64,000 nt of DNA from a virus, in the IMG/VR virus record IMGVR_UViG_3300032307_001129, positions 2,427-66,426 of that record. One strand, written 5' to 3'. Both the position numbers and the translations under genes were made by a program. Shown piece after piece: positions 30,048 through 40,489 of this stretch (position 1 is its first letter; every line of letters begins with the position of its first letter). The notes under the pieces are model-generated. The model was not told the origin of the DNA and searched no databases. It saw only the letters and a program-made list of their open reading frames with translations.

Positions 30048-31820
30048 TTATTTTTTTCTTTTTGAAAATAACCAAGAATATTCTTTATAGTGGTCTTTAT
30101 TTGGTGTATTTATAAAATAATTATTTTCAGGATCACCCATGTTCATGGCACCAATAGAATCGAATGCAACACCATAAGAATAGAATGATTTTTTTGTTTC
30201 ATATGTTCTTTCTGAAATTGTCCAAGATTCTAACATTGCTTTACTTGCGTTTTGGTTTTTTTCTAATTGATTAAAACACATGTCAGCTGCGTACAGGGCC
30301 ATTGATAAACTCATAATTGAATCATCATGATAACCTTTCATATGATCTGGTCTACCATTAATATATACAAACGTACTTAATTCGTTTAAAAGTCTTGATG
30401 ACCTAACATTAAATCCTTTTCTTAATTGTTCTTCAAACGCAGATACTATTTGTGTTCTTTTATTATTAAAATTTAATCCTGGAATTTTATCTAACGCTTT
30501 ACGATTATATTCCCATATATTTTGAGTGTTGACACCATCAATATATAAATTCTTATAATTCATTTCTTGTAATTTCCTTGATGTTGCAATACCCATACCA
30601 CCTGTTATATCAATAACAATAAACGCTTCATATAAAATACCCCATTTATAACAAACTGTAGCCAAATCATCTGGCGGCATTTTACCAATGTATTCTGCAA
30701 CTTGTTCTCTTTCATCGAAATCAATAATATTAATTGACGAATAATCTTCACTATCTCCACGACTAACGTCCACACCCATCAAATATCTATGACCTTGAAC
30801 AGGTTCTTTCCATTGCCAAAAAGTACCTTGCATATATTTTTCTTTGGGTTCTCTTATACAATTTTTTGATATGTCTTGTTGTACACTTCCAGGAATAACA
30901 CCGTCACCAGAACCTAAAAAATCGGCTTCAAGTTCCTGTGAAATTTTACGTCTATCGTATTTAAATTTTTTAGACATAGATTCAAACCATGAAGAAAATG
31001 GTTTATAACCCATTTCAAGATATTCATTATATTTTTCTGGTTCAAAATCATATAAAATTATTTCATCATCATTATATTCTTCTCTATTTAACATGTAATG
31101 ACATATATCAATACATTTAACCCATCTTAAATCCTTAGAGTATCTGGGGTCTTTAAACCACCTTAAATCCGTTATATGGAAGTCATTCATTCCACGAATA
31201 GATTGATCATATACACCATGATATATCGGGTCAAACCCGTTTGGTGTTGAAATTAGAATAATTTTTCCTCCTGTTGACAAAGACGCCATAGATGCTGCCC
31301 AAAAATCTTCACCTGCTTCAATATACGCTGCCTCATCAAAAATCAAAATTGTTGGAGTGTAACCACGTAACGCATCCGCTGATGTTGCTACCGCTTTAAC
31401 TTCACAACCATTATTTAATCTAAATCTACTTTCTGAGTTTTTATCAACAGAAAATCCAACATTAATCCATTCGGGCCATTGGTCAATAAAATGACGAATT
31501 TTGTTTGCCATTTCTATTGCGGTATCTCTTTTATTTGCAATAATCAATACCCTTTCCGGATTTTCTGGCTTAGCTATTTGTAATCTTCTAGATATCCAAG
31601 CTGCGGTAACGGTTGTTACACCTGCTTGTCTATATTTTTTTGTGATATTTTCATTATATGTTTCATAATCTTTTATTAACTGAATTTGGTCAGGAAATAA
31701 ATCTAATGGGACATATTTTTTTTGAGTATTATCGTAAGTTGTTAAATATGTTTTTAATGCATATGGTGCATCTTTTACTATACGTACATATTCTTTTAAT
31801 TGTATTAATTTTTGATCCAT
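30048..31820 (-). CDS. gp17: terminase large subunit (gp17-like)
   Basis: YRQAGVTT, LIFDEAAY, ISTPNG, MGVDVSRG, HDDSIMS. Confidence 0.95.
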   Translation of the reverse strand: MDQKLIQLKEYVRIVKDAPYALKTYLTTYDNTQKKYVPLDLFPDQIQLIKDYETYNENITKKYRQAGVTTVTAAWISRRLQIAKPENPERVLIIANKRDTAIEMANKIRHFIDQWPEWINVGFSVDKNSESRFRLNNGCEVKAVATSADALRGYTPTILIFDEAAYIEAGEDFWAASMASLSTGGKIILISTPNGFDPIYHGVYDQSIRGMNDFHITDLRWFKDPRYSKDLRWVKCIDICHYMLNREEYNDDEIILYDFEPEKYNEYLEMGYKPFSSWFESMSKKFKYDRRKISQELEADFLGSGDGVIPGSVQQDISKNCIREPKEKYMQGTFWQWKEPVQGHRYLMGVDVSRGDSEDYSSINIIDFDEREQVAEYIGKMPPDDLATVCYKWGILYEAFIVIDITGGMGIATSRKLQEMNYKNLYIDGVNTQNIWEYNRKALDKIPGLNFNNKRTQIVSAFEEQLRKGFNVRSSRLLNELSTFVYINGRPDHMKGYHDDSIMSLSMALYAADMCFNQLEKNQNASKAMLESWTISERTYETKKSFYSYGVAFDSIGAMNMGDPENNYFINTPNKDHYKEYSWLFSKRKK

Positions 31821-31831
31821 ATATATAAATA

Positions 31832-31862
31832 TAAAAAAAGGTGAAATTAATCACCTTTTTTT
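31832..31862. terminator. hairpin terminator
   Basis: AAAAAGGTGA...TCACCTTTTT. Confidence 0.6.
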
Positions 31863-31864
31863 AT

Positions 31865-33463
31865 TTATCTGAAAAAATCATCATCATCATCGTCATCATC
31901 GTCTGATAATCCAATTCCTGGAATACCACCTAAAAAGTCTTTAAGTTCATCGTCTGAAATCTCATCCGCAATGTCATCTACTTCACTATTGTATTCTGAC
32001 AACGCGTCTTCATAATCTTCTTCTTCTAACATTTGTTCGATTGCCGTAACTAATGAAGATACAATTGATTTGGATCTATTAGTACCTTCCATAATTTCTT
32101 TCATTAATGCTAAAAATTTACGTGCAGGTAACTCATAAATATAGATTTGTACAAATGATTGTAATTCAATTTTTTCTTCTGGATTTATCACTCTACTAGG
32201 ATTAGCCATTCTAAATTTTTGCCATATTGCTGGACCTAAACGTAAATCCCACATTTCGTATTCGATAACATCTTCATATTTTGTAACCATATCAACAAAA
32301 TTCTTATGTTTACGATTTTTATTGTCATAACCTTTAAATGTTAAACCAGCACCTGCTTTAACCTTTTCCATTCCTTTAATTACTTCATGAAATAGAACAG
32401 GGAAATTCATACCATGTATATATACTTGTGGTTTTGATAAATCAACAGGGTTTCCTAATGTATCTCTTTGATTTTGGTTTTCATTACCATCATCATCGTC
32501 TTCATCATTGTCTCCACCATATTCTTCATCATCATCTGGATAATCAGGAAATTTAACATCAGCTTTTCCCGCTATTGATTGTTGAGCACTTATTATCATA
32601 TTATCACTAAAATGCCAATAATTACTATCATTTACTGCCATCATAAGAGCGTAAATTTCCATTACATCTTTTCCATTATAAGTTGGGCCAACTATATTCT
32701 TAATTTTATTTGCAACAAAAGAATAGAGATTATACGCTGAATGAGCAGAACCTTGTGTCATTGCATTTATTAATCTCCTTTTAGCTCTTTCTAAATTAAA
32801 ATTTTCTAATTTATCTACATAATCTTCCTCTACTTCAATATCTTCATCATCGATATCAATGTAGTTAGATACTTCATCATCAATATCAGGGCTTTCTGGA
32901 TTTTCATTATCCATTTTATGTAAAAAATCGTCAGTTTGAATTTTTTGTCCTCGTTGTCTATCTGAATATGAAACTAATTTTACAAATATATTAACCGAAT
33001 TTTTAGGTATTTTATAAAGGTCAAAAACAGTATCAGCAGCTAATTTTTCTAATTCTTTTTTATGATTTTTTTCAAATTCATCAATTTGTGACATAGCTTC
33101 AAACATTTGTCCAGTTAAATTTCTTGAATTTGAACCAGTAGTTTGTTTTACACGTCTAATCACATCCTCATAAGTTTCAGACGCCAATAACTCTTGAAAA
33201 TTTTGATTTACAGTACCTCTTGGCATCGGTACTTTTTTAAGTGGTGTATCTTGAGATGCTAACTTTGATTGGATACCTCCTTCAGGTCTTTCTGTAAAAG
33301 GTTCATCAATTTCAATAAACTTAGGATTCCTATCACTTTCTTCTTGATTTGGATCAAAATCTGGATTTGGTCTCCTTACACTTATTGTTTGAGGAAAAGT
33401 CATTGGCATTTCTAATAATGTTTGTTCAATTAAATTTAATATATCTTTTTTTAGGAATTTCAT
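31865..33463 (-). CDS. acidic hypothetical protein, possibly head-associated
   Basis: 532-aa ORF; KRRLINAMTQG, FPVLFHEVIKG, WDLRLGP. Confidence 0.65.
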   Translation of the reverse strand: MKFLKKDILNLIEQTLLEMPMTFPQTISVRRPNPDFDPNQEESDRNPKFIEIDEPFTERPEGGIQSKLASQDTPLKKVPMPRGTVNQNFQELLASETYEDVIRRVKQTTGSNSRNLTGQMFEAMSQIDEFEKNHKKELEKLAADTVFDLYKIPKNSVNIFVKLVSYSDRQRGQKIQTDDFLHKMDNENPESPDIDDEVSNYIDIDDEDIEVEEDYVDKLENFNLERAKRRLINAMTQGSAHSAYNLYSFVANKIKNIVGPTYNGKDVMEIYALMMAVNDSNYWHFSDNMIISAQQSIAGKADVKFPDYPDDDEEYGGDNDEDDDDGNENQNQRDTLGNPVDLSKPQVYIHGMNFPVLFHEVIKGMEKVKAGAGLTFKGYDNKNRKHKNFVDMVTKYEDVIEYEMWDLRLGPAIWQKFRMANPSRVINPEEKIELQSFVQIYIYELPARKFLALMKEIMEGTNRSKSIVSSLVTAIEQMLEEEDYEDALSEYNSEVDDIADEISDDELKDFLGGIPGIGLSDDDDDDDDDFFR

Positions 33464-33476
33464 TTTTTTTTAATTT

Positions 33477-34175
33477 TTACCTTTTTTTAGCTTGTGGTCC
33501 AGTTTTAGGTTTTGGACCAGGATTAAATGGATTTTTTCTTACTTTTTTTTCTTCCTTTGGTTTTGTAGTTGGTTTTGTTTTAGTATCTTCTTCTACTTGA
33601 CTACTTTTTCTTTTTAACCCTTCGGCTTGTGGTCCAGTTTTAGGTTTTGGACCAGGATTAAATGGATTTTTTCTTACTTTTTTTTCTTCCTTTGGTTTTG
33701 TAGTCGGTTTTGTTTTAGTATCTTCTTCTACTTGACTACTTTTTCTTCTACTATTTTTAATTGCTCTTGAAGTTAAAAAATCAGGTAACTCTTCTTCAGA
33801 ACTTTCATTTAATTTACTTTTAATTAATTTTACAATATCACCTTTTGATGTAAAATTATGGAAGTATTTATTTTCAACTAATTTTCCAACCATTCTAGAT
33901 GACCTATTTTTTAAACCTCTTTTTCTTCTTGATTCGTAAACTTCTTCCTCTTCTTCTTCATGATGGTCTTTTTCTCTTAATTCAACATTAAGTCCACCTT
34001 TTGTTAAATTTTTAATATCAGGAATTGGTGTTTTTTTTGATGCTATCACACTTCCCACTTGCTCATTAACCATAATCTTATTTAAAGATAAGAGTTGTTT
34101 ATCATCTAACATAGATAATGTTCTTTCTGTGAAACCTTCAGATAAAAGTTTCTTTATAATATGTATTCTTTTCAT
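33477..34175 (-). CDS. hypothetical protein with duplicated basic Pro-rich C-terminus
   Basis: RKSSQVEEDTKTKP...KTGPQA occurs twice. Confidence 0.7.
   Translation of the reverse strand: MKRIHIIKKLLSEGFTERTLSMLDDKQLLSLNKIMVNEQVGSVIASKKTPIPDIKNLTKGGLNVELREKDHHEEEEEEVYESRRKRGLKNRSSRMVGKLVENKYFHNFTSKGDIVKLIKSKLNESSEEELPDFLTSRAIKNSRRKSSQVEEDTKTKPTTKPKEEKKVRKNPFNPGPKPKTGPQAEGLKRKSSQVEEDTKTKPTTKPKEEKKVRKNPFNPGPKPKTGPQAKKR
33490..33747. repeat. direct repeat, ~123 bp x2, 135-bp period
   Basis: 33490-33612 vs 33625-33747, one mismatch seen. Confidence 0.9.
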
Positions 34176-34573
34176 AATGTTTCTAATTTTATATTTTTAT
34201 TTTCTAAATTATATCCTCTAGTTTTTAATTTTTTTGTTATAGAGTCGATTGATTCACCAAATCTAAAAAATAATCTATCATTTTCTGAATCTAAATTTAA
34301 TTTTTCCCAACCCATAGCGACAATACCATCAACTGAATCTATCACACCAAAATAATCTGAATTTTGTATTAATTCTAAAATTATATCAGAGTCTTTTAAT
34401 AATCCAATAGTATCAATATATTCAATATCAGGAGATTTTATTGAACTGGTAGATGATGCAGGTATATCGAACCATTCTTCCATTTCAATTTCTTCATTTT
34501 CACTGAATATAAATTCATATTGTTTCTGTCCTTTATAATCTAACCCAATTTCATTAATATATATTAATCTCAT
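34172..34573 (-). CDS. hypothetical protein
   Basis: 133-aa ORF coupled to its neighbours. Confidence 0.65.
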   Translation of the reverse strand: MRLIYINEIGLDYKGQKQYEFIFSENEEIEMEEWFDIPASSTSSIKSPDIEYIDTIGLLKDSDIILELIQNSDYFGVIDSVDGIVAMGWEKLNLDSENDRLFFRFGESIDSITKKLKTRGYNLENKNIKLETL

Positions 34574-35637
34574 TATTTAAAATATTTCCCTAATGTTGTA
34601 TTTATACTATTATTTATTTCTTTTTTTATTTCATCCAAATCTAACTCTTGAATATCATCTTCATCATTTGAATTATTTTTCATTGGATTAGTTCCAACAA
34701 AACCACTATATTTTGGTTTTTCTTGGTATTGATTTGATGATGGTTCAACATCTTCTTCATCAAGGTCTGCGTATTTACTTAAATCGATTTCATCTGTTTG
34801 AACTGGTGTATTAATAAATCTATCTAACTTACCCATAACTTCACTTAAATCTTCATCTTCAGGTTCTTCCTCTGGCATTTCAGGTTCTTCCTCTGGCATT
34901 TCAGGTTCTTCCTCTGGCATTTCAGGTTCTTCATCTCTGTCGAATTTCTTACCAATTTCTTCGATATCATCATCTTCTAATTTATCTAAATTTACTGCAG
35001 ATATAATCATATTTAAAACGTACTTAATATCGTCGCTTTCCATTTTTGATTTTTGGTCTCTTAATTCTTGCCCTAATTTTCCTGCAAATTTTTGTACTTC
35101 AGACATGTAATCAGAAGGTTTGTCGTTAGATTCTGTTTCACCATCAGGTTCTTCTGACGGTATTTCATCACCTGGCATTTCACCATCAGGCATTTCTGCT
35201 GGCATTTCTGATGGCATTTCTGCTGGCATTTCTGCTGGTATTTCTGCTGGCATTTCTACTGGCATTTCTGCTGGCATAGGTGGTGTTGATTCCGCCGAAT
35301 TTTGTTTTAAAACATATTTTGTGGCTTCATTTATTTGTTCTCCACTAAGTAAATTTAATCTTTTTAGTGCTTCAGCATATGATGAAAATCTGTTCTTGTT
35401 CTTCATGAACAAACCTCCAATATAATCTAATGAACTTTCATTTAATCCTTTTTTCACATAGTACCCATCTTTTTCTCTAACGATACCATATGTACCATTA
35501 TATGATTCAGTAATGTAATCAGAATTGTTTTGAACAGGTAATTTTGGTTTATTTCCGTAATAAGTTAACTCAAGGATTCGTTTTAATTTTTCATCTCCTT
35601 GTAGTTTTTCACTTCCTAATGGTTTTAAGTCTGCCAT
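34573..35637 (-). CDS. acidic Pro/Glu/Met-repeat protein, possibly head-associated
   Basis: PAEM x~7 and EEPEMPE x3 repeats. Confidence 0.7.
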   Translation of the reverse strand: MADLKPLGSEKLQGDEKLKRILELTYYGNKPKLPVQNNSDYITESYNGTYGIVREKDGYYVKKGLNESSLDYIGGLFMKNKNRFSSYAEALKRLNLLSGEQINEATKYVLKQNSAESTPPMPAEMPVEMPAEIPAEMPAEMPSEMPAEMPDGEMPGDEIPSEEPDGETESNDKPSDYMSEVQKFAGKLGQELRDQKSKMESDDIKYVLNMIISAVNLDKLEDDDIEEIGKKFDRDEEPEMPEEEPEMPEEEPEMPEEEPEDEDLSEVMGKLDRFINTPVQTDEIDLSKYADLDEEDVEPSSNQYQEKPKYSGFVGTNPMKNNSNDEDDIQELDLDEIKKEINNSINTTLGKYFK

Positions 35638-35709
35638 ATTTTTAATATTATAAATTTTTTATTCTTAATATACTATAAATATATGTATAAAAAGAAAAAA
35701 TAATGTTTA

Positions 35710-36492
35710 TTATTCTGTGATAGATAATTCTTTATCGAGAATTTTTGTTTTAATGGTCATTAATTTTTCAATGTATCCATTTCTCCTTAAAAGTTTAAAT
35801 GTTAAGTTTTCATATGAATATTCACCTCCACGTTCTAAACCACTTTGTCTAAATTTTTTTAATTTCTTTTTTATCCTTTCTATCTCTTTTAATTTTTTAT
35901 CGTTAGTTGTTTCGTTTTTAATTAAACTATCAATTTGTTGTATGAATTCTTGACTTTTTTCTAATATCTTTTTTTCGTCAATTTCATAAGGTGTTTTCAT
36001 TTTAATTGGTTCAACTACCCATTCGTTATTTAAGACGGAGTATATACCTGATGAAAGAAGTTTATCATTTACATCTTGAACATATAATTCTACTTCATAA
36101 TTTTTAATTTTAACATTTGTTGTTAGACCCCAATTTTTTTTCTTAGTTTCAAAAAAATTTCTAATAATTTCTTCGTAAATTTTATAATCTTCGTTTGAAA
36201 CTAATTCTTTAATGTCAAACATTATATGTAAATCTAAATCAGAGTACTTTGACCAATTATAATTCGCCAGTGAACCTGTTAAATGAATATCAAATACAAA
36301 AAAATCTACATTTAAAAAATCTAAAAACTTATCTGTTATTTTTAATAACTTTTCTCTTATTTCTTCCTTTAAAATATATGAATCATTTATCTTTTCAAAA
36401 ACATCCATAGATAATGAATTCTTTAATTCAAAAGATTTTAAAATTTCTTTATCTTTACCGATATCTTCAATTAATTCTTTTAGTAGATTCAT
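35710..36492 (-). CDS. Pol-beta-superfamily nucleotidyltransferase
   Basis: LTGSLANYNWSKYSDLDLHI (GS...DxD); third acidic residue in YEVELY. Confidence 0.8.
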   Translation of the reverse strand: MNLLKELIEDIGKDKEILKSFELKNSLSMDVFEKINDSYILKEEIREKLLKITDKFLDFLNVDFFVFDIHLTGSLANYNWSKYSDLDLHIMFDIKELVSNEDYKIYEEIIRNFFETKKKNWGLTTNVKIKNYEVELYVQDVNDKLLSSGIYSVLNNEWVVEPIKMKTPYEIDEKKILEKSQEFIQQIDSLIKNETTNDKKLKEIERIKKKLKKFRQSGLERGGEYSYENLTFKLLRRNGYIEKLMTIKTKILDKELSITE

Positions 36493-36734
36493 TTTACTTT
36501 TTCGTACTTATATTTTTTAGAAATGTCAGAGTTAAAATATTTTCCTTGAGATTCCGACATTCTAAACTTTGTGAACACTTCCCAAGGTACTTCATTATAT
36601 TGGTATAATGAATTATTATTGAATTCTATTAATAATGTTTTATCTTCAGTATTGTAAGTTGAAGATTTAATGTTAGATGATTGAATTTTAACCTCAATTA
36701 ATTTTCCTTCAATCTTTTCAGATAATATTGACAT
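36489..36734 (-). CDS. KTSC domain protein
   Basis: SSNIKSSTYN...LLIEFNNNSLYQYNEVP...SESQGKYFN. Confidence 0.88.
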   Translation of the reverse strand: MSILSEKIEGKLIEVKIQSSNIKSSTYNTEDKTLLIEFNNNSLYQYNEVPWEVFTKFRMSESQGKYFNSDISKKYKYEKVK

Positions 36735-36746
36735 ATTTTTTTATTA

Positions 36747-37715
36747 TTAATAACGATTTTTTCTCCTGTTTTGTTTTATTTCTCTAATCACAGAAGATAA
36801 TGATTCGTTAATCTTGTTATTAGAACTTTCTCTTGGTCTCCATCCACGAGACAACATATTGCTAATCATATTTATATTATGTTCATTTTCTTCAAAATTT
36901 AATTGTTTTAATACCGCAATAGGGTCTAATTTATTTTCTTCATCATTACTTATTTTACTTTCTTTGTTTTGAACATCATACTCTTTTGGATTATCTTTTT
37001 TATTATTTTTAGAAGAACCCATAAGTGTTAATTTTTTAGGATCATATCCAGCGTTTCTTATCGCATCTTCTCTATTTTTCAAATCTTTTTCATCTTCTGA
37101 ATTATTGTTATCTTCGTTATCATCTATATATTTCGAATTAGTTGATCTTAGTCTTTCAAAATCTATACTATCATATGGATATTTTTCAGTGTCTAATATT
37201 TGTTGGTCATATAAAAAACGGTCAATCCTCGTATAGTCTTTTCCTGTATTTTTCTTTCTAATCTTATCTTTTAATATTCCGTCATTATATTTTTCTTTAC
37301 GTTTCTCATCCTGTTCAAATTCCTTTAAAACGTCAATACAAAGTTTACGTAATTCATTTTTTGGATACTTTCCGTATTTTTTAAAAACCTCATCTTGTTT
37401 AGATGTGGGTTTATATTTACGTTTAGTTGATTTACTATCACGAGTAAAATGTGAGAAACTATTTGTTAAAAACATAAAACTATGTTTTGAACCACCAATA
37501 ATTTGAGAAACTTTATCTACACATTCTTCAGATGTTAAAGATAAATACGGCCTACCTAAATTTTGTAAACCATATAAATGATGAAATAATGGTAATAATA
37601 ATTCATTTTCACCCCATTGTTCAATATATCTAATACCGTAATGTTCATCTAATTCTTTAGATAATATATGTTTTAACTGACTTTCCGTTATATGTACTAT
37701 CATATTATTTTTCAT
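36747..37715 (-). CDS. hypothetical protein
   Basis: 322-aa ORF; N-terminal ITESQLKHIL and C-terminal INESLSSVIREI motifs. Confidence 0.6.
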   Translation of the reverse strand: MKNNMIVHITESQLKHILSKELDEHYGIRYIEQWGENELLLPLFHHLYGLQNLGRPYLSLTSEECVDKVSQIIGGSKHSFMFLTNSFSHFTRDSKSTKRKYKPTSKQDEVFKKYGKYPKNELRKLCIDVLKEFEQDEKRKEKYNDGILKDKIRKKNTGKDYTRIDRFLYDQQILDTEKYPYDSIDFERLRSTNSKYIDDNEDNNNSEDEKDLKNREDAIRNAGYDPKKLTLMGSSKNNKKDNPKEYDVQNKESKISNDEENKLDPIAVLKQLNFEENEHNINMISNMLSRGWRPRESSNNKINESLSSVIREIKQNRRKNRY

Positions 37716-37733
37716 TATAAATATCTTAAAAAT

Positions 37734-37761
37734 AAAAAAACCCCACGTTTGTGGGGTTTTT
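37734..37761. terminator. intrinsic terminator after hsp20
   Basis: AAAACCCCAC GTTT GTGGGGTTTT. Confidence 0.8.
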
Positions 37762-37763
37762 AG

Positions 37764-38129
37764 TTATTCTAAAGAAATTATCCTTTCTTTACTTTTTTCT
37801 TTGGATTTAGGTAGAATAATTTCTAATATACCGTTCTTTACGTTCGCACTAATATCCTCTTCAGATATATCTTCAGGAATAAGGTACGTTTTTTTAAAGG
37901 AGTTAGTAAACGAAAATATTTCATTTTCATTTTTTTCTTTTTCATATTTAATTGTTAATAAATTTTCTTTAAGTGTAATGGATAAATCATCTTTTGTTAA
38001 TCCAGGCACTTTAAGATAAATTAAATACTTGTCCTCCTTTTCAGTAAATTTTACCGAACGGTCTTTTGTTGTTTCGTTGTCAAAAAACATATCTAATACA
38101 TCTTTTAACGGGTCTTTGTAAAATGTCAT
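37764..38129 (-). CDS. small heat-shock protein (Hsp20/alpha-crystallin)
   Basis: VPGLTKDDLSI...FKKTYLIP...ANVKNGILEIILPK, C-terminal IxL; start chosen at MTFYKD. Confidence 0.9.
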   Translation of the reverse strand: MTFYKDPLKDVLDMFFDNETTKDRSVKFTEKEDKYLIYLKVPGLTKDDLSITLKENLLTIKYEKEKNENEIFSFTNSFKKTYLIPEDISEEDISANVKNGILEIILPKSKEKSKERIISLE

Positions 38130-38267
38130 AATATTATATTTTTTTAATTTTATTAAACAAAACATATACCACAAAAAAAAATTGACAAAATGTCTTGTTA
38201 AACTGAAAAAAAGTCATATATTTGTGTTTATAATTTTTTTTTCGTATAATTCACTAAAACAAAAAAG

Positions 38268-40280
38268 ATGTCAGTAGATTATTTTGACGAAGGTCAACAA
38301 ACATCCTTTAAAAAGGTAAGGAAAGGTTCGAGGACGCCAATTCTCGATAATTTCTCAAGAGATTTAAATAAATTGGCTGAAGAAGGTAAAATCGATCCCG
38401 TCATCGGTAGAGAATCTGAAGTAAAAAGAATTGCCCAAATTATTTCAAGAAAGAAAAAAAATAACGCGGTTATTGTTGGAGATGCGGGTGTTGGTAAATC
38501 TGTGTTGGTTGAAAAATTAGCGTTATTAATTGTTAAGGGGGAATGTCCGTCAAATCTATTAGATAAAAGAATATTATCTTTAGATTTAACTTCATTAGTT
38601 GCTGGTACTAAATATCGAGGTCAATTTGAGGAAAGAATTAAAGCGATATTAAACGAGTTACAAAACGAACCTAATATTATTATCTTCATTGATGAACTAC
38701 ATACAATGGTAGGTGCTGGTAATGCTTCAGGTTCAATGGATGTTGCTAATATTCTTAAACCAGCATTGGCTCGGGGTGAAATTCAATGTATTGGTGCAAC
38801 CACATTTGATGAATATAAGAAACATATTGAAAAAGATGCCGCTTTAGTTAGAAGGTTCCAAAAAATTATTTTAAAAGAACCTACTAAACCTGAGACAATT
38901 TTAATTTTGAATAACTTAAAAGAAGTATATCAAAATTATCATAAGGTTAAATATGATGAGGATGTTATTGAAACGATTGTAAATCTATCATCACAATATA
39001 TTACTGATAGACAATTTCCTGATAAGGCAATTGATATATTAGATGAATTAGGGTCTAATAAAAAAATAAATTTAAAGTCTCCTCAAATAATTGAAGATTT
39101 AAAGAAAGAATCTGAAGAGATAAAGGAAAGAAAACTACAAGTAGTAAAAACTCAAAATTATGAACAAGCGGCTAAGCTTAGGGACGATGAAAAAAAAGTT
39201 TTAGTTAAACTTGAAGATGAAAAAAGTAAGTGGTCCGAAAAACAAAAAAATAATTTAATACCTATTAATGTTGACGATGTATATAATATAATCTCAGATG
39301 TAACAGGTATTCCAATATCTAAGTTAGATGTTAATGAAATTGAAAAATTAATAAACTTAGAAGAACGGTTATCCTCAAAAATAATTGGTCAAAGTGATGC
39401 TATTTCAATCATATCTAAATCAATTAGAAGAAATAGAGTTGGTATTAAAGAAAATAATAGACCTATTGGTTCATTTATTTTTGTTGGTTCAACAGGTGTG
39501 GGTAAAACTTTCTTAGCTAAAACAATAGCTGAAGTTGTTTTTGGTGATCCAAACAAAATGATTCGTGTAGATATGAGTGAATTCATGGAAAAACATAATG
39601 TTTCTCGTTTGATTGGTTCACCACCAGGATATGTTGGTCATGATGAAGGTGGTCAATTAACTGAAAAAATTAAGAATAATCCATTCTCCGTTGTTTTATT
39701 TGATGAGATAGAAAAAGCACATAAAGATGTTTATAACATTCTCCTTCAAATAATGGATGAAGGTCACCTTACAGATTCTTTTGGTAGAAAAGTTAATTTT
39801 ACAAATACTATCATTATTATGACATCTAATGTTGGTGCTAAAAAAGTGGTAGATTTTGGTAATGGTTTAGGTTTTAATACTTCATCTAGTGATACACAAA
39901 GACAGGAAGTTAAAAAATCTATTATTCAACAATCATTGAAACAACAATTTACACCTGAATTTTTAAATAGACTTGATGATATTATTCTATTTAATTCATT
40001 AAATAATGATGACATTAAAAAAATTATCACTATTGAATTAAATAAATTAAGTAATAGGATTTCAGAAAAAAATTATATAATTTCATTCAATGAAAGTGTT
40101 CTTAATGAAATCATTAATTTAAATACAATGGAAGAATATGGTGCAAGACCTATTAAACGAATCATACAAAATTTATGTGAAGATTTTATATCTGATGAAA
40201 TTTTAAAAGGTAATATTGTAGAAAATAAATCTATAGAATTAAATTTTGAAAATGAAAAAATGAATTTTTTTGTAAAATAA
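38268..40280 (+). CDS. clpC: ClpC-like AAA+ ATPase lacking the Clp N-domain
   Basis: [31 protein letters not shown]-type [29 protein letters not shown]. Confidence 0.92.
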   Translation: MSVDYFDEGQQTSFKKVRKGSRTPILDNFSRDLNKLAEEGKIDPVIGRESEVKRIAQIISRKKKNNAVIVGDAGVGKSVLVEKLALLIVKGECPSNLLDKRILSLDLTSLVAGTKYRGQFEERIKAILNELQNEPNIIIFIDELHTMVGAGNASGSMDVANILKPALARGEIQCIGATTFDEYKKHIEKDAALVRRFQKIILKEPTKPETILILNNLKEVYQNYHKVKYDEDVIETIVNLSSQYITDRQFPDKAIDILDELGSNKKINLKSPQIIEDLKKESEEIKERKLQVVKTQNYEQAAKLRDDEKKVLVKLEDEKSKWSEKQKNNLIPINVDDVYNIISDVTGIPISKLDVNEIEKLINLEERLSSKIIGQSDAISIISKSIRRNRVGIKENNRPIGSFIFVGSTGVGKTFLAKTIAEVVFGDPNKMIRVDMSEFMEKHNVSRLIGSPPGYVGHDEGGQLTEKIKNNPFSVVLFDEIEKAHKDVYNILLQIMDEGHLTDSFGRKVNFTNTIIIMTSNVGAKKVVDFGNGLGFNTSSSDTQRQEVKKSIIQQSLKQQFTPEFLNRLDDIILFNSLNNDDIKKIITIELNKLSNRISEKNYIISFNESVLNEIINLNTMEEYGARPIKRIIQNLCEDFISDEILKGNIVENKSIELNFENEKMNFFVK

Positions 40281-40340
40281 TGTAAATATTTTGGTTTTTA
40301 ATAAAAACGTATATATTTATATTTATATTTATTAAAAAAT

Positions 40341-40431
40341 AAGGTATCTTTGCCGATATCCTTTCGTTTGATGTCGTGGAGTTGAATCCACAAATGACCT
40401 AGAAGCCTCGATTCCCATCGAGGCTTTTTTT
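40341..40431 (+). ncRNA. putative small structured RNA (RNA-A)
   Basis: Tandem TATTTAT upstream; two hairpins; terminator AAGCCTCGAT-TCCC-ATCGAGGCTT+T run; GC-rich relative to flanks; no meaningful ORF. Confidence 0.55.
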
Positions 40432-40465
40432 CTTGTTAAAATTTTTTTTTACGGATTTAATTTGT

Positions 40466-40473
40466 TATATTTG
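40466..40473 (+). promoter_or_regulatory. Bacteroidota-type -7 element TATATTTG
   Basis: TAnnTTTG upstream of 40490. Confidence 0.5.
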
Positions 40474-40489
40474 ATGATAAATTAAAAAA

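Noticed and set aside
31600-31640. Inactive terminase because Walker A reads RQAGVT without Lys
   Set aside because: All other ATPase and nuclease motifs are intact and deviant Walker A motifs occur in terminases; loss of function cannot be inferred.
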